Below are positions 13,671-26,299 of a stretch of 64,000 nt of DNA, in pieces. The notes under the pieces are model-generated. The model saw nothing but the letters and a program-made list of their open reading frames with translations, did no database searches and was not told the DNA's origin. How positions within the stretch are numbered: the first letter of the stretch is position 1; the number at the start of each line of letters is the position of its first letter. The DNA is taken from the NCBI RefSeq assembly GCF_009914755.1, contig NC_060937.1; one strand, given 5' to 3'. This stretch comes from the human T2T-CHM13v2.0 reference genome, Homo sapiens. Position numbers and translations under genes: made by a program.

Positions 13671-14764
13671 TTAGAAAAGATCAGAGGGAAAGAATATGGG
13701 GGAAATAAGACCCCCATCAAAAAATAAGTGATGAAAGATACTGGGGAAAAACACAGGAGAGCAGGTTACTGGGGAAATAAAGACTATTTGAGAAATGGGC
13801 AAAAATGATAAATAATGCAAATCCACAATGTAAGTTTCATATTTTAAAAGTCTAGACCTCTTGCAGCTTTGAAACTTCATGATGCTATTTAAATGTCATG
13901 TTTAGTATTGTAAATAATGGTAATTTTAATCATTAATGCTAATTGCTATTCTCTGTGGCTATATTACTATTCATTTATTCAGTCAATGCATGTTTGTTTA
14001 GCACTAGAAGGAACATAAGCACACATCCAGTAGTCTGTATTTTATTTGGTTTAATTTCACACACCCAAAAATGCCTACGTAGGTATTAAATGTCAGCTCT
14101 TATTTTTAATGCTTTCTAGATTGCATCAGCCAAATGGGAAGAATTATAAAAAAAATGTAAATAACTACTTAAATACATTCATAAGGTCAATAATAACAAA
14201 ATTTTATAATACTTCTTCATAAACCTTGGATTTGTTTTATTGCTTCTAGGTTCTCATAGTGATTTTGATAGCCTATCTTATCATTTGTTACTATATCTTT
14301 GTTAGGTATAAATGTTCAGGCTTCACCTATTACCAGGCATATTAAATTTCACAAGAGAAATGTGTAGTTACAGCTCCAAGGCAGGTGTTATGATCCTGTC
14401 AAATTGCTCAGGCTAATTTTAAATCATATCAGGTCTGTTGCTGGGAGATGTTTGAGGAACACAGGAAATTATATGGAGCCTGTTGATAACAGCCTGTCCT
14501 TATCCTGTGACCTAAAATAATACCAAACTTGCCACATTACCAACCCTCTTGTTTAAATGTAAAACCCATATTGGAGGTTTACACCAATGTCATTAAAAAA
14601 AGAAAGTTAGGATTCAAAAATATGATTGTAATTTTTGAAATCCTGGTAGCGAAAATTTAGCTGAAATTGGCAATTATATTTGACAAAATATTTAATATAA
14701 ATCAATGTGATGTTTAGTTCAATTACCTCAGGAATATATAGAGTTATCACTGATGGCCTAAGGC

Positions 14765-14920
14765 CATGCATTCCAAGCTTGGGTGATCATAAGCATTACC
14801 TGTGGTGTGTTTCTGCAATACAGTTTCCTAAGCCCCTTTTCCGAAGTGCATTCCGTAGATGTGCAGGTTAACCAGTGTCCTCGGTGAATCTCCTGCTCAG
14901 ATATACTGGCAGCACACTGG
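14765..14920. mobile_element. MER5-family hAT MITE, diverged
   Basis: MER5-like layout (gcattacctgtggtg...aatacagtttcctaagcccc...cacactg), flanked by ggcctaa on both sides as a possible hAT TSD. Confidence 0.55.
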
Positions 14921-15669
14921 CCTAAAGTAAGGAATTCTTATGCTTTTTAAGAAACTGGATGCAGAGAGCTCTTCTGCATCAACTGAAGTATGTTCAGTCT
15001 TAGCTTGTAGGTTTTATTTCCTTACAGTTCATTAAGGTCAGAAAGAAGGGTTAATCTTCCTAACTCAAATGATGCTCCGAAGACAGGAATTGTTAACTAG
15101 GTTTGTGTTCAGTGTGAAACTGGCACAGGGGGCCTGACTGCAAACAGCCATGCAGGGAGGTTGAGGCTGAGGAGGTGGTGATGGTAAGAATGCTGGGCTT
15201 CGGAGGAGGAGATCAAATGGGCCTCCCTCATGATGAGAAGGGAGAGAAGGGATGGAGGATGGCAGGGATTGGGACTTACAGTAAACAGATACTGGTTTTT
15301 CTTGAAGGATGTTTGGATTTCACAGCCCATGCTTTTCTAACCAAGGAGCCAGCCTTAGCATTGACATTTGAGGGAGTATACAATTCCAAATGAGGTTGAA
15401 GATAAAGGAGCAATTGCTTTTTACATTAAAGGCACAGCCTTTTCAGAGCAATCTGTTCATCCTCTGTTATCACTTTAAAGGGAGTCTAGTTTTTAGCTTG
15501 ATGTATACATTTAACTGACTCTCTATAATGGCAGAGAAGACTGCATGGCACTTCCAAGTTCATTTCTTTACCTTTAAGTGGATTAAGGCATATGCCTGCT
15601 TAGCTTTCCCACGTTCACTGCTTTGAGGGGAGTAAAACTGGAGTGATTTCAGGAATTGACACTGGAAGA

Positions 15670-15960
15670 GTTTCCTGGTCACAGGCTTTGAACCCGGAAA
15701 GACCTAAGCTGACTGTCAACTTTAACTTGAGAGAGCTGTTAACCACCTCAGTTTCCTTGTCTAAGCGGAAGAACAGAACATGTTAATAGAAAGTGCAGTT
15801 TACTGAGCATGTACTGTGTGCTCAGGCATTGTACTAAGTACCCTATGTCTTATTCGTGAACCCCCCACTACAACCTTTGGAGATATGTGTTATGTTCTGA
15901 CAACAGCAATAATTTTGCGTCTTCCTCATGGAATTTTTTGTTTATGTGTGAGTGATAATG
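15670..15960. mobile_element. MIR relics, apparently one nested in another in opposite orientation
   Basis: A MIR core (cctcagtttccttgtctaa) and a reverse MIR 3' end (tttactgagcatgtactgtgtgctcaggcattgtactaag). Confidence 0.6.
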
Positions 15961-17222
15961 AGATTAGACTCATTAAAGATTAAAGAAGATTAAAGCCATG
16001 CCAATATTAGGTTCCCAGTTCTCAAAAAAAAGGGAGTTATATTCCTTTTCTTTCATTTGTGACTGTTCCTTTTCATCTTTTGGTGTTTTCAGGAAGCCAT
16101 TTTGCCTGCAGCCGCTGAAGTGGCCCAGCTGCAGATGTTAATGGCTGTTTACCAGTAGGAGCCAAAACACCACACTAAAGAAGCTAGGAGGTGTGGTTAT
16201 TTTGCCTTTTCTGTAAGATAAATTTCTTAATGCTAATGCCTCCAAATGAAGACATTTGATTTATCTCTAAAGTATATTTTTAAGTATAGAAACTGTAATG
16301 AGTGGCTAGATTACTACTCTGTTTTAAAATGTGTTACAAGACAGCTTTCATCATGTCAATCTACGGATCCAACAATTAAAAGAAAGGTTACCGAAATTGT
16401 ACACAGATAGAAGTTTACTTCATATAGCCCTGGCATTCCAGTCTCTTCTAAGAATGTGAAATAAAGGATTGATAGATGGATAAACACATGGTAGATGGAG
16501 GTCTGATTCAGGCGGTGTTAAAAATCAAACAAAAATCTTTCCAAAGTAGGGATCAAATTCTACTTCTTTTGAGATATAAACTGTTTATAGCTTTGAAATG
16601 ACAGTTTTCACCTCAGCACACCCATTAAATTTTTATGGAACCCTTCCTCGTCTATTAATACATGGCATATAGGAGGGGCTCAATATAATTTAGTTCCCCT
16701 TAAATGCTTTGGTATGTGATTTGGAGAGAGCAGCTGACATAGTTGAATATATATCAGATATATGGTTAGAAAAATATCGCATAGCATCTGTAGCAGAAAA
16801 ATTAGTTTTCTGAAAAGAGTGAATGTAAATAATGCCAGGGAAGTATGCTTTTGAATAACATTTGGTAAGATCCATTCTGAAAGAAGAGAGTTAGGGAACT
16901 TTTATTTTATTTTATTTTTCACAGTACAGGAAAAAAGCAAAACAAAGCAACCAAATGTCCTGCTTGGGATGAGGTCATTGATATCAGAGGATGCTGCGAT
17001 ACTGATCAAACTGATAAAATAGCATTCAGTTTGTCTGACTCATTGGTGAAAAATAGAAACCAGTGAGAGGTGGACTAAAGGTTAGTGTGACGGTTGCTAG
17101 CTTTTAGAACAAGCAGAAAACAAAATATTTTTACTTTAAACTTTGTCTCATGAACTTAGTTGCAGTGATGGGAGCATTTAATAAAGGTAAGTAGTATTTT
17201 TCATTAAATTTTATTAGCATTT

Positions 17223-17597
17223 TGTTATGGACTGAATATTTGTTTACCCCCAAAATTCTGTGTTGAAATTCTAACCCCCAGTGTGATGGTATTTGGAGGT
17301 GGGGCCTTTTGGAGATAATTAGGTTTAGTTGAGTACATGAGGGTGGGGCCCCATAATGGGATCAGTACCTTTATAAGAGAAGGAAGGAACACCAAGAGCT
17401 TTCTTTCTCCACCATGTGAGGGTACAGCAAGAAGGCTGCCATCTGCAAGCCAGGAAGAGAGCCCTCACCAAGAACTGAATCTTCCCGCACTTTGTTCTTG
17501 GGCTTCCCAGTTTCCAGATCTGTGAGAAATAAATGTCAATTGTTTAAGCCACCTTTTTATGGTATTTTTGTTGTAGTAGTGCTAGCTGACTAAGACA
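17223..17597 (+). mobile_element. MLT1A/MLT1A0-like solo LTR
   Basis: TG...CA termini (tgttatggactgaat...gctgactaagaca), 375 bp, an internal aataaa, and a 5-bp TSD cattt/cactt. Confidence 0.92.
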
Positions 17598-18805
17598 CAC
17601 TTGATAAGTAGCTACTATGCACAGAGTCCTCTTAAGGAATAAAGAACAGTCTAACCCTGAAGCCAGTGAAGACAAGACTAATTAAAATAATACTACTAAC
17701 AGGGCTGTGAGTAATGTGTTGTTCACACACAGTAAGTAGCCATTAATTCTGCCTGGGATTATCTTGTGGGTGGTGCTGTTTGAGCTGAGTCTTGAAGAGT
17801 AAGAGGGATTTGTAGCCTTGAGATGGTACAGCTTCTGAAGACAGGAAATTGGAAATGGGCACAGAGAAGAGGCTAAACTACAAATAAGTGTTTTGACAAA
17901 ATATGCCAAACCTAACACATGTAGGCAAAGCCACATGCAGTAGTTCTGGCTCTGTTTATCTTCCTGCTCAGATTTTAGTCTGACAGATTTATAGAGAGAA
18001 GGGGCAGAGTTTCTGGTTCATTTGAGAAATCATGGCTGAATAACAGGTTTTTCCCTTGATTAGCTGGGAATCCCTAGGGTTGCCCAAGGGCCACAGATAC
18101 TTACTGACATTTAGTAAAGAACCTCTAAAACATCTTCAGACTGGTCTCATTGTTAATAAGTGGTGTGACACACATTGTGTGTGTAATGTCTGTCTTGGTT
18201 TTTGGTGGACCACTTAAAAGTTTATAAAAATAGTTTTTTAAGGTTCTGATGACTTTTCTGCAATATAATTTGTAAGTGCTTATATATCTCCAACCTGTAA
18301 CTATGTAAATTACTGTGAATAATTTTGTCCTTAATGAAACTCTGTCTGCTTCTCTGTCTGTGATTAAAGATTATGAATAAAATGCATCGGTCTTTTTTGT
18401 CCTACATTCTCCTCTGCAAGGTCAGGAGATAGGGTTTGTCAGGGCCCAGTTCTAGCACTGTCTTAAGACTCCATCCTCAGACCCTCCTTCTCCCCGTTAC
18501 CATCACTGCAAAACTTACCCTATAAAGCAGATAGCTTCCAAATTAACCTACTTTGAACATTTTTTATCATTATGAGCAACTTCATCTAGCAGATATAAGT
18601 AGTGAAGTTTTATTCAGATTGTTACATTTGAAGGGATTTTATAATTTGTCACATTACGGTAGAGAGCCCTGTGGCCTCCCAAATTGTAACAACTTTTCCT
18701 CCATCACACATTGTCATTTTCTTATGCCACACATTCTTCTGATGATTTTTAAGTGGATTTGTAAGATGAAAAATTCTGAATCACCTGGATGAGCATTGCT
18801 TTCTT

Positions 18806-19419
18806 TTTCTTTATTTTTTTTTAAATTATACTTTAAGTGCTGGGATACATGAGCAGAATGTGCAGGTTTGTTACATAGGTATACACATGCCATGGTGGTT
18901 TGCTGCACCCATTAACTCGTCATCTGCGTTAGGTATTTCTCCTAATGCTATCCTCCCCTTAGCCCTCCACCCCCTGACAGGGCCCCGGTGTGTGATGTTC
19001 CCCTCCCTGGGTTCATATGTTCTCATTGTTCAACTCCCACTTATGAGTGAGAACATGCAGTGTTGGTGTTTGGATTTCTGTTCCTGGGTTAGTTTGCTGA
19101 GAATGGTGGTTTCCACCTTCATCCATGTCCCTGCAAAGGACATGAACTCATCCTTTTTTATGGCTGCATAGTATTCCATAGTGTATATGTGCCATATTTT
19201 CTATATCCAGTCTATCATTGATGGGCATTTGGGTTCGTTCCAAGTCTTTGCTATTGTGAATAGTGCTGCAATAAACATATGTGTGCATGTGTCTTTAAAG
19301 TAGAATGATTTATAATCCTTTGGGTATATTCCCAGTAATGAGATTGCTGGGTCAAATGGTATTTCTGGTTCTTAGTTCAACCATTGTGGAAGACAGCGTG
19401 GTGATTCCTCAAGGATATA
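18806..19419 (-). mobile_element. L1PA7-like 3' fragment with a 5' inversion
   Basis: T-tail plus antisense L1PA 3'UTR/ORF2 end to ~19372, then sense L1 (tagttcaaccattgtggaagacag...caaggat). TSD g[a/t]gcat[t/c]gctttctt at 18791-18805 and 19420-19434. Confidence 0.95.
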
Positions 19420-21569
19420 GTGCATCGCTTTCTTACAGAGGTGTCTGAAATAAATGCAGTTCCTTCTTTTGAAAGTTCAAAGGCGTTAAGTCAATATATG
19501 ACTGTATTTGTGGTCCTGCTCAGCAGTTATTCATTTAGGAGGTGATTTGCTATTTTCTGAGAACAGGGATATGAAATGAATGTGGTTGCTTTTAGAGTCC
19601 AGAAATCCATTTGGCTCAATGGAGCTGACACAGTTTATTGCAGTTTTTAGGACCTTTTTGTAATTTACAGTGGATACTAATTTCCTGCTCAAGTTTTCTT
19701 TGGCAGCTTCTGTACAGCTGGAACAGAAGCTGGAGCTATGCCCTAAGAGGGTGGTCTGGATTCACTTCTGTGGGTCTACTCCTCTGCCTCTTCTTCTCTG
19801 TTCCCTCTTTCCTTTGCCTTTCTTTTCCCAAATTCCTCAAAGCTTGAAAGGGTGAGATTTTCCTTTTCTTTCCCTTGCTGCCCTCCTTGGAATTCCATTA
19901 TGCAATTCACCAGCCTCAGCTGTTGGTGGAATAAATGGTAGCTACCAGAGGAATTTAGACAATCCTTTCTCTTGGCTCTCAAGTATATTGTCTCACTGTA
20001 CAATCCTCTTTTGAATTCCCAAAGCCGAATATTAACTCTTTCTTTCTTCGCATTGCTTCTGTAATAATCCTAAACTTCCTCACTCCCTTTCCTTTTCCAA
20101 GTTCAAATGCAGAAGCTTCAGGCTGCCTAAGGATAAAATGCGTTTATGAAGAATTCCTTTACACAGAACTTTTCTGGGAGTAAATCTCTGTTAAGCATGT
20201 AGTAGATGTTGTACAAAGTTTATTGTGTAGATAAATCCATGGGTTAATGGGAGGAAGGGGAGGTAGAAATTACAGACTTTGTGGAATGAGTAGATTTCAA
20301 ATCATCCTTGGAATTTTCAAGATTTTACTCAAGGAGCTGATATTTAGAGCTTAGATACACCTCTACTATTTTATAAATAAAGGGCCAGCTGAACTGTATG
20401 AGTTTCTTACTTAGCAGAATTGGAGCTCTTGCTTTTTTGTCTTTCATCCTCTATCCCAAAGATTTGTTGAAGGATGATGAACTGAATGAAGGCTGGGTAT
20501 CTTTAAGAAGATACCAACAATGTCACTTATTGAAAAAAAAAAAGCTATTTCGATTACATAGTTTTAATAATCCTCATGTCATGTACTCTTATTACGATTC
20601 TCAATATTGCAGTAAATTGTGTTTTGTGGGGCTTTGATTAAAATTACATTTTGCACTCACTTTTATGGTCTGGAGTGATTCTGATCTATGGGGGGAGTGA
20701 TAACATCAGCATCAAGATTTTCTTTGTCCGGGACGTGCTTCAGCTGCATGACAACTCTCCTCCTGAGTGATATGTGACTTGTGCCTTCATCACCTGTTCA
20801 TCCTGCCAATATATTTTCCACATCTGTCCTCCCATTCACCTAAAGATTTATTCCACATGCCTGATGACAAAATGTCCTTGCACCTGGGGGACCTAAGCCT
20901 GTAGAACATCTATCTCATTTTCTTTCTTTTGACACAAGTCCATTAGCTTCATCTGTCTTGAGGACAATCCCGGCTAAGAGCCTATCTGATGTTTCTTCTT
21001 TGGGGACCTTTCAGAATTTCAAGGTTATAGGAAACTTGGCTTTGTGCAAAGTATGTTGCCATCTGTTGCTAGTTTCTAATTTCAGATCCATTTAAGAGAT
21101 TTGCCAGGTTAGATTTATATAGACATTTTAACTAATTCTATTTCTTTGTACTTAACCCAAGATCACATACTTAGGTTTGTCCTTTCAATAACATTTATCA
21201 GAATACTCCACTATTCAGCCACTTTGAGGAGACACATTGTTTACCTGCCACTTGCTGTGATAAGACATTACATGCAGCATGTGTTTATTTGGTAGTTATC
21301 AAATAATAATGCCTGGTAACAGACAGCCAAAAAGCAAACAGGGGATTTAGAGGTTCCTGTTTATTTTTGTTTGTTTGTTTTGTTTTAAATAAGTAAATTG
21401 AAACTCAGAGCAATTATGCGGCTTACTTAAAGTCTCAAAATTAGCTCATATTTCAGATGAAATTTGCCTTCAAGTTCTAGATCACCTGCAGCACTGAAGT
21501 TTTGGTGACCATTTATTCTTCAGATTGTATTTATGATTCCTTGATTAACAAATCTTTAAAAAGTTGTGA

Positions 21570-22090
21570 AAATTATTTTCTGGCAAACATTGGAAAAGGG
21601 CTAAAATATGATAATACTGTAGTCAGAAAAAAACTATTCAAAGACACACTTGTATACAAATAAATATATTTTTATTACATATGCTTCATACGCACTTTCT
21701 CACATACAGAGCTCTAACTTCAGTGACAATAAGCTCTTTCCAGAGATTTATCTTAAGACAATAATCCAGAAGAAGGAAAATGCTATACATATGATGGCTA
21801 TAATAGCCAAGTGTTATAGGCAAATTGTGTATCCAATAATATAAAATAAATGATAGCATATTAACTAATGTGGTAATTTACAGTCATTAAAATGATGAGT
21901 ATGAAGACAATATATGGAAATATGATGAACAATCGAGTTTAAAAAGCCAGAACCACTGTATTCGCTTTCCTTTCAACTATATGAAAAGTATACATGCATA
22001 AGACAAAAATGTAAAAGTCTATGAAATACTTAGTGTTAGGTTGATGATATTATAAGCGCTTTTCTACTTTTATATTTTTCTGTAAGTTAA
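21570..22090 (+). mobile_element. Very old L1 (L1ME-like) 3' relic
   Basis: Diverged L1 ORF2-end phrases (cagagatttatcttaagacaataatc, tacagtcattaaaatgatg). Confidence 0.5.
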
Positions 22091-23434
22091 TGTTGGTTCT
22101 ACAACACACCATGATTACAGTGGTATGATATCCACTGCCAAAGAATAGGAATGCGTTAGACCAAGAGTGATGGGGATTATTTCACACAAGTGCTATATTT
22201 CTCTACTTCCCATGATTGACATTCTTAATTGATGTTGGAAGGGTTTTGAATCCTTCTAAGTTAGTTCTTCAGGTTCATGAACTGATCAGCAAGAGCATGG
22301 AAGTTGCCAACCCTTTTTAACTTTTATGTAGTTTACTCTATATTCCAAATTAATTGTCCAGAAAGAGTATTGACTTTAAATGGGCTCCAAAATATATAAG
22401 TAGCAGGAATGGTGGCTGAGACAAAACTCCTGGTGTTCATTGCTTAGAAATGTCTGATGTGGAAGTGATGGAAATGGTGGGATCTGAGCTGGCCGTTGTC
22501 GTAGCTGTGAACGAATTCACATTTGTTTCCCAGGCCCCACACAGGTAATGCTCTGTCTGTATTCCACAGACAGACACACGGTCAACCCCACAAGGGTGCT
22601 TTTCTGTTCCCTTCCTAGAGTCCTCTCATGAAAATGTGCTTGTTCTCATCTCATCCCCTCAAGGTTTGGCTTTCTACTTCACTGACTCCCCGGATTTAAT
22701 CCATGTATGGGTGCAGCTCCTCAACAGTGGGATTGCTATTTGTGTAGGAATCTTCTGGGTCCCCACACTTTTTTTTTTTGTACAAAGAGGTAACTAGCAA
22801 AAGGGATTTTTTTTAAGTAAATGATTTTTGGTACACTTCCAATCAGTCTATATGAAGGGCCTACCTCCTATAAGGATGGGCATGAGTAGGGGAATTAGAA
22901 GAAGATTAAGGGGGGGTCTTTAGTTGGAGCTACCAGGGAGGTGTATGAGATTTCATGGTGTCTGTCTGGGACCTGGTAAGGAGTAACCTTTCCCATTTGT
23001 GTAGGTGTATTTACAGTTGACATAACTGGTATAGCTTTCCTTTATCTCAAGACAGGACAAATAATACTGTAATTCTAGGTAAAAGCAATTCATTGAGAGA
23101 GAAACTGATATATCTTACATTGTATATTTCATAATATAGTGAGACATTTTGAAAGCTTACTTGTCTTATATTGGTTTTCTTAATATTCTTTAATTTTCCC
23201 ACCAGCTTCAAATTCCACAATTTATCTACATGCAGATACCCACCATTTCTCACAGATACATATATTCCAGCCTATATTTCTCCAGAGTTGCTATTTCTTA
23301 CAGAATATTTCTACTTGAATGATTTACTAATATGTAACCTATTTTTGTTGCAAAACAACAGATAGTGCTCAGTGTAGAATTTCACACTCCAATCCAATGT
23401 AATCTAGAGGTAGACGCTCCCGGGCAGGCTAGTG

Positions 23435-23625
23435 TTCAGCAGGGACACAGCCCTGGGCATATAGTTGGGAGACTTGGGCTGGGGTTTTCTCTGCCAGAGC
23501 ACAGATCTCTGATCCTGTAAGTCATTTAAATTCTTGTGTTTCAAATTCCCTCACTGTAAAAGGAGTGGCTTGACCTAGATGATCTCAAAAGTCTCTCCAA
23601 GCTTGAAAATTCTGGTTCTATGATT
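23435..23625 (+). mobile_element. MIR3/MIRc SINE
   Basis: MIR core plus the tail gacctagatgatctcaaaagtctctccaagcttgaaaattctggttctatgatt. Confidence 0.75.
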
Positions 23626-24384
23626 TTAATATTTAACAATACACATAATTGTGCTTGTGCTTGCATGATAATTAGGCATGCATGATAATGGGGCACAGTG
23701 AATGACTGTAATTAGCTTTACTCCTACAGAGAAAAAATCTATTTTTAAGTCTTTCCACTTCTCATCTTATTGGTTTTTTAAAATATTGATAATCAGTATC
23801 AATGGCCTTTGACTTTCCCTTGGAACCTTTTACCCTTACCATCCTCAACTTCCTTCTTGCCACTGCTCTCTGTCATTATAGCGGTAATCACAAATCCACA
23901 CATATATTAGAGACCATTATGTTGAATATTAATTCCTGCAGAGCTGAATTCTTCCTGTTCTGACTTTCAGGTAGGACAATCCTCTCCCATGTCCTTAATT
24001 TTCATCCAATAAAGGTACTTTTGTGGAAGCTTCCTGCCATATCCTGAATAAAGGTGTCCTTAAAAATCCAGAGATGAACATGGAGGAATTAGGTAAACAG
24101 GATCTGTTTCACAGGGGCCTGTGGAAAGCCTGGGATGTTGTAGTATCAGGCATGTAGATCATAGTAAAGGGGATGTCAAGGAGCCAGGGGAGCCTGGGAC
24201 AAGCATGGCAGAGGGCAAAGCCCACAGTGTGAGAGGCCTGGGGGCCTGCTGACCCACCTGGGAGTTCTGAGGCCAGAGGGAAAAGAGAGGGAGAGTTGTC
24301 CTTACAGGATGAGAGAAGCTAGAATTGTGGCCCTTTACTTTAGAAGTAGCCTTCTGGCTCTGTAAGTAAATTTACCTGACAATC

Positions 24385-24600
24385 ATATTAATTATTATAA
24401 CTAACATTAATTCTACAAATGTGCAAGGAACTGTGATAAGTACTGTAAAAGAATGATTTAACTCCTCACATTATTCCTTTTAAGTAAATCCTTTTGAATC
24501 CCTCAATTGTAGGTTGATGATCTAAGTACTAGAGAGTTCTGAAAACTTGATCCCAGTGATATGAGTAGCAGGCGATGGAGCCAGCTTTAGACACAAGGCG
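24385..24600 (-). mobile_element. MIR relic
   Basis: atgtgcaaggaactgtgataagtac...tttaactcctcaca...agcaggcgatggagccagcttt matches reverse MIR. Confidence 0.6.
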
Positions 24601-25957
24601 ATGACATTTTCTTTTCCCTTCTACTCACCCCACAGTCCGTATGCCATCCTCAAAATATGTAATTGCAATGTCAATTTTTCCTGTTTCGTTGGACCAGGAC
24701 ATGTAAACCATGGAGGCAGAGTCTGAAAAGTTCTACGTAATTGAGCAAAGTAGTGAAAAAGTGAAGCTGGAAACGAAAGACAAGTTTTGATTCCACTTGG
24801 TGTGTTTTAATTTAAGTTGGCCACCAGGAGTTCCTGAGCAAAGGTGCTCACTGTCTCTAGTGGTACTTGTCTTCCTGAGATGGAAGCTCTCGGTTCTTAC
24901 TCCCCAAGTGACCATGTCACGCTCCTTAAGGGCAGTCTCTCCAGATGATGACCAAATGGTTTGTAGGGAAGATTTTAACTCTGATGTGGAGGGGCTCTTC
25001 AAGCAAATATTTTGTCTCTTCTCAGTACAGTAATTAAGCTGATAATTTTTTTTTTTTTTTACCTTTTCGGGCCACTACAACATTCTCTGCTCTTGGATTC
25101 AAAGATGAATGTTCCTTCCACACAGTTTAATACGTCTACAGTTCCAGCCGAGGTTGGGGGAGATTTTGTCTGATCAGGATGTTTTTCCAATAGTAGTGTC
25201 TGGTTCTGTGTTGGGATTTCACTCAGTAACGTTTTCCATTCAGTTTTATGATTTGGTACTCCTGGTATGCACATCTTAATATATCTGACCCTTCACTTTA
25301 AATTTTTGTTGCACTTTTTCTTTTTTTTAAATTTTGTACCAAAAAAAAATGTTCTGTATCCGAGACCTCATATAGCTTCTATTGGGAGTTGTCTCCACTT
25401 CAAACTTACATTTCCTTTGAAATCCCAGTGAGTAGCCTTACTTTCCATATGGCCTGATGAGAATGTATTTCCCTTGCAGATGTGAACAAGCTTTTTATTT
25501 TTAACTTCTCAAATAAGATGTACATCCAAGACTGTTAAAATAATCTTCCATAATGATTTGTCTTAGAGTAGAAATATGTGGCATATTTTTAATCATAAAT
25601 ACATATACACATTATAATTGTTCTTTTGTATTTAAGTTAGTACCTGTGATTTGTTTATCCAAGACAGATGGTAAGGGGTGATACTTTTGTCAGCTTACAT
25701 CTAGAGATCTATAGTAGGGTTAATTTAGAATTCAAGTAATTTTTGTTCAAGGCTTTATGATTTTATGAAGAAAAAATAGGAAGAGGTTAAATGTCATCAA
25801 GCATTCAGTTTAAAAAATATACAGATGACCTAAATAATTTGTTCAGTTGTATACTTATATATAGGTGTATGATGTATTACTCAGCTTAAACCTCCAGTCC
25901 TTTCTCCTAGAGCCTAATAGCATGAACGGCCGCAGATGGGGATTTTACCTAGGTTTC

Positions 25958-26299
25958 TGTGTTAGCCTGTTTTTAGGCTGCTGATAAAGACGTACCTGAG
26001 TCTGGGTAATTTATACAGAGAAACAGATTTCATGGACTCACAGTTCCATGTGGCTGGGGAGGCCTCGCAGTCATGGTGGAAGAGAAAAGGCACGTCTTAC
26101 ATGGCAGTGGGCAAGGAAAGAAATGAGAACCAAGCCCCTTATAAAACCATCAGATCTCATGAGACTTATTCACTACCACTAGAACAGTATGGGGGAACCT
26201 GCCCCCATGATTCAATTATCTCCCTCTCACAACTCATGGGAATTAGGGGAGCTACAACTGAACGTGACATTTGGGTGGGGACACAGCCAAACCATATCA
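25958..26299 (-). mobile_element. THE1B-like solo LTR
   Basis: gctgctgataaagac...ggacacagccaaaccatatca, with a perfect 5-bp TSD gtttc (25953-25957 and 26300-26304). Confidence 0.95.

Noticed and set aside
24050-24360. GC-richer block resembling an old ERVL LTR
   Set aside because: No termini or family could be established by eye.
24733-25274. Two minus-strand ORFs around an A-tract (processed pseudogene or exon?)
   Set aside because: No recognisable protein similarity, no TSD and no convincing acceptor site.
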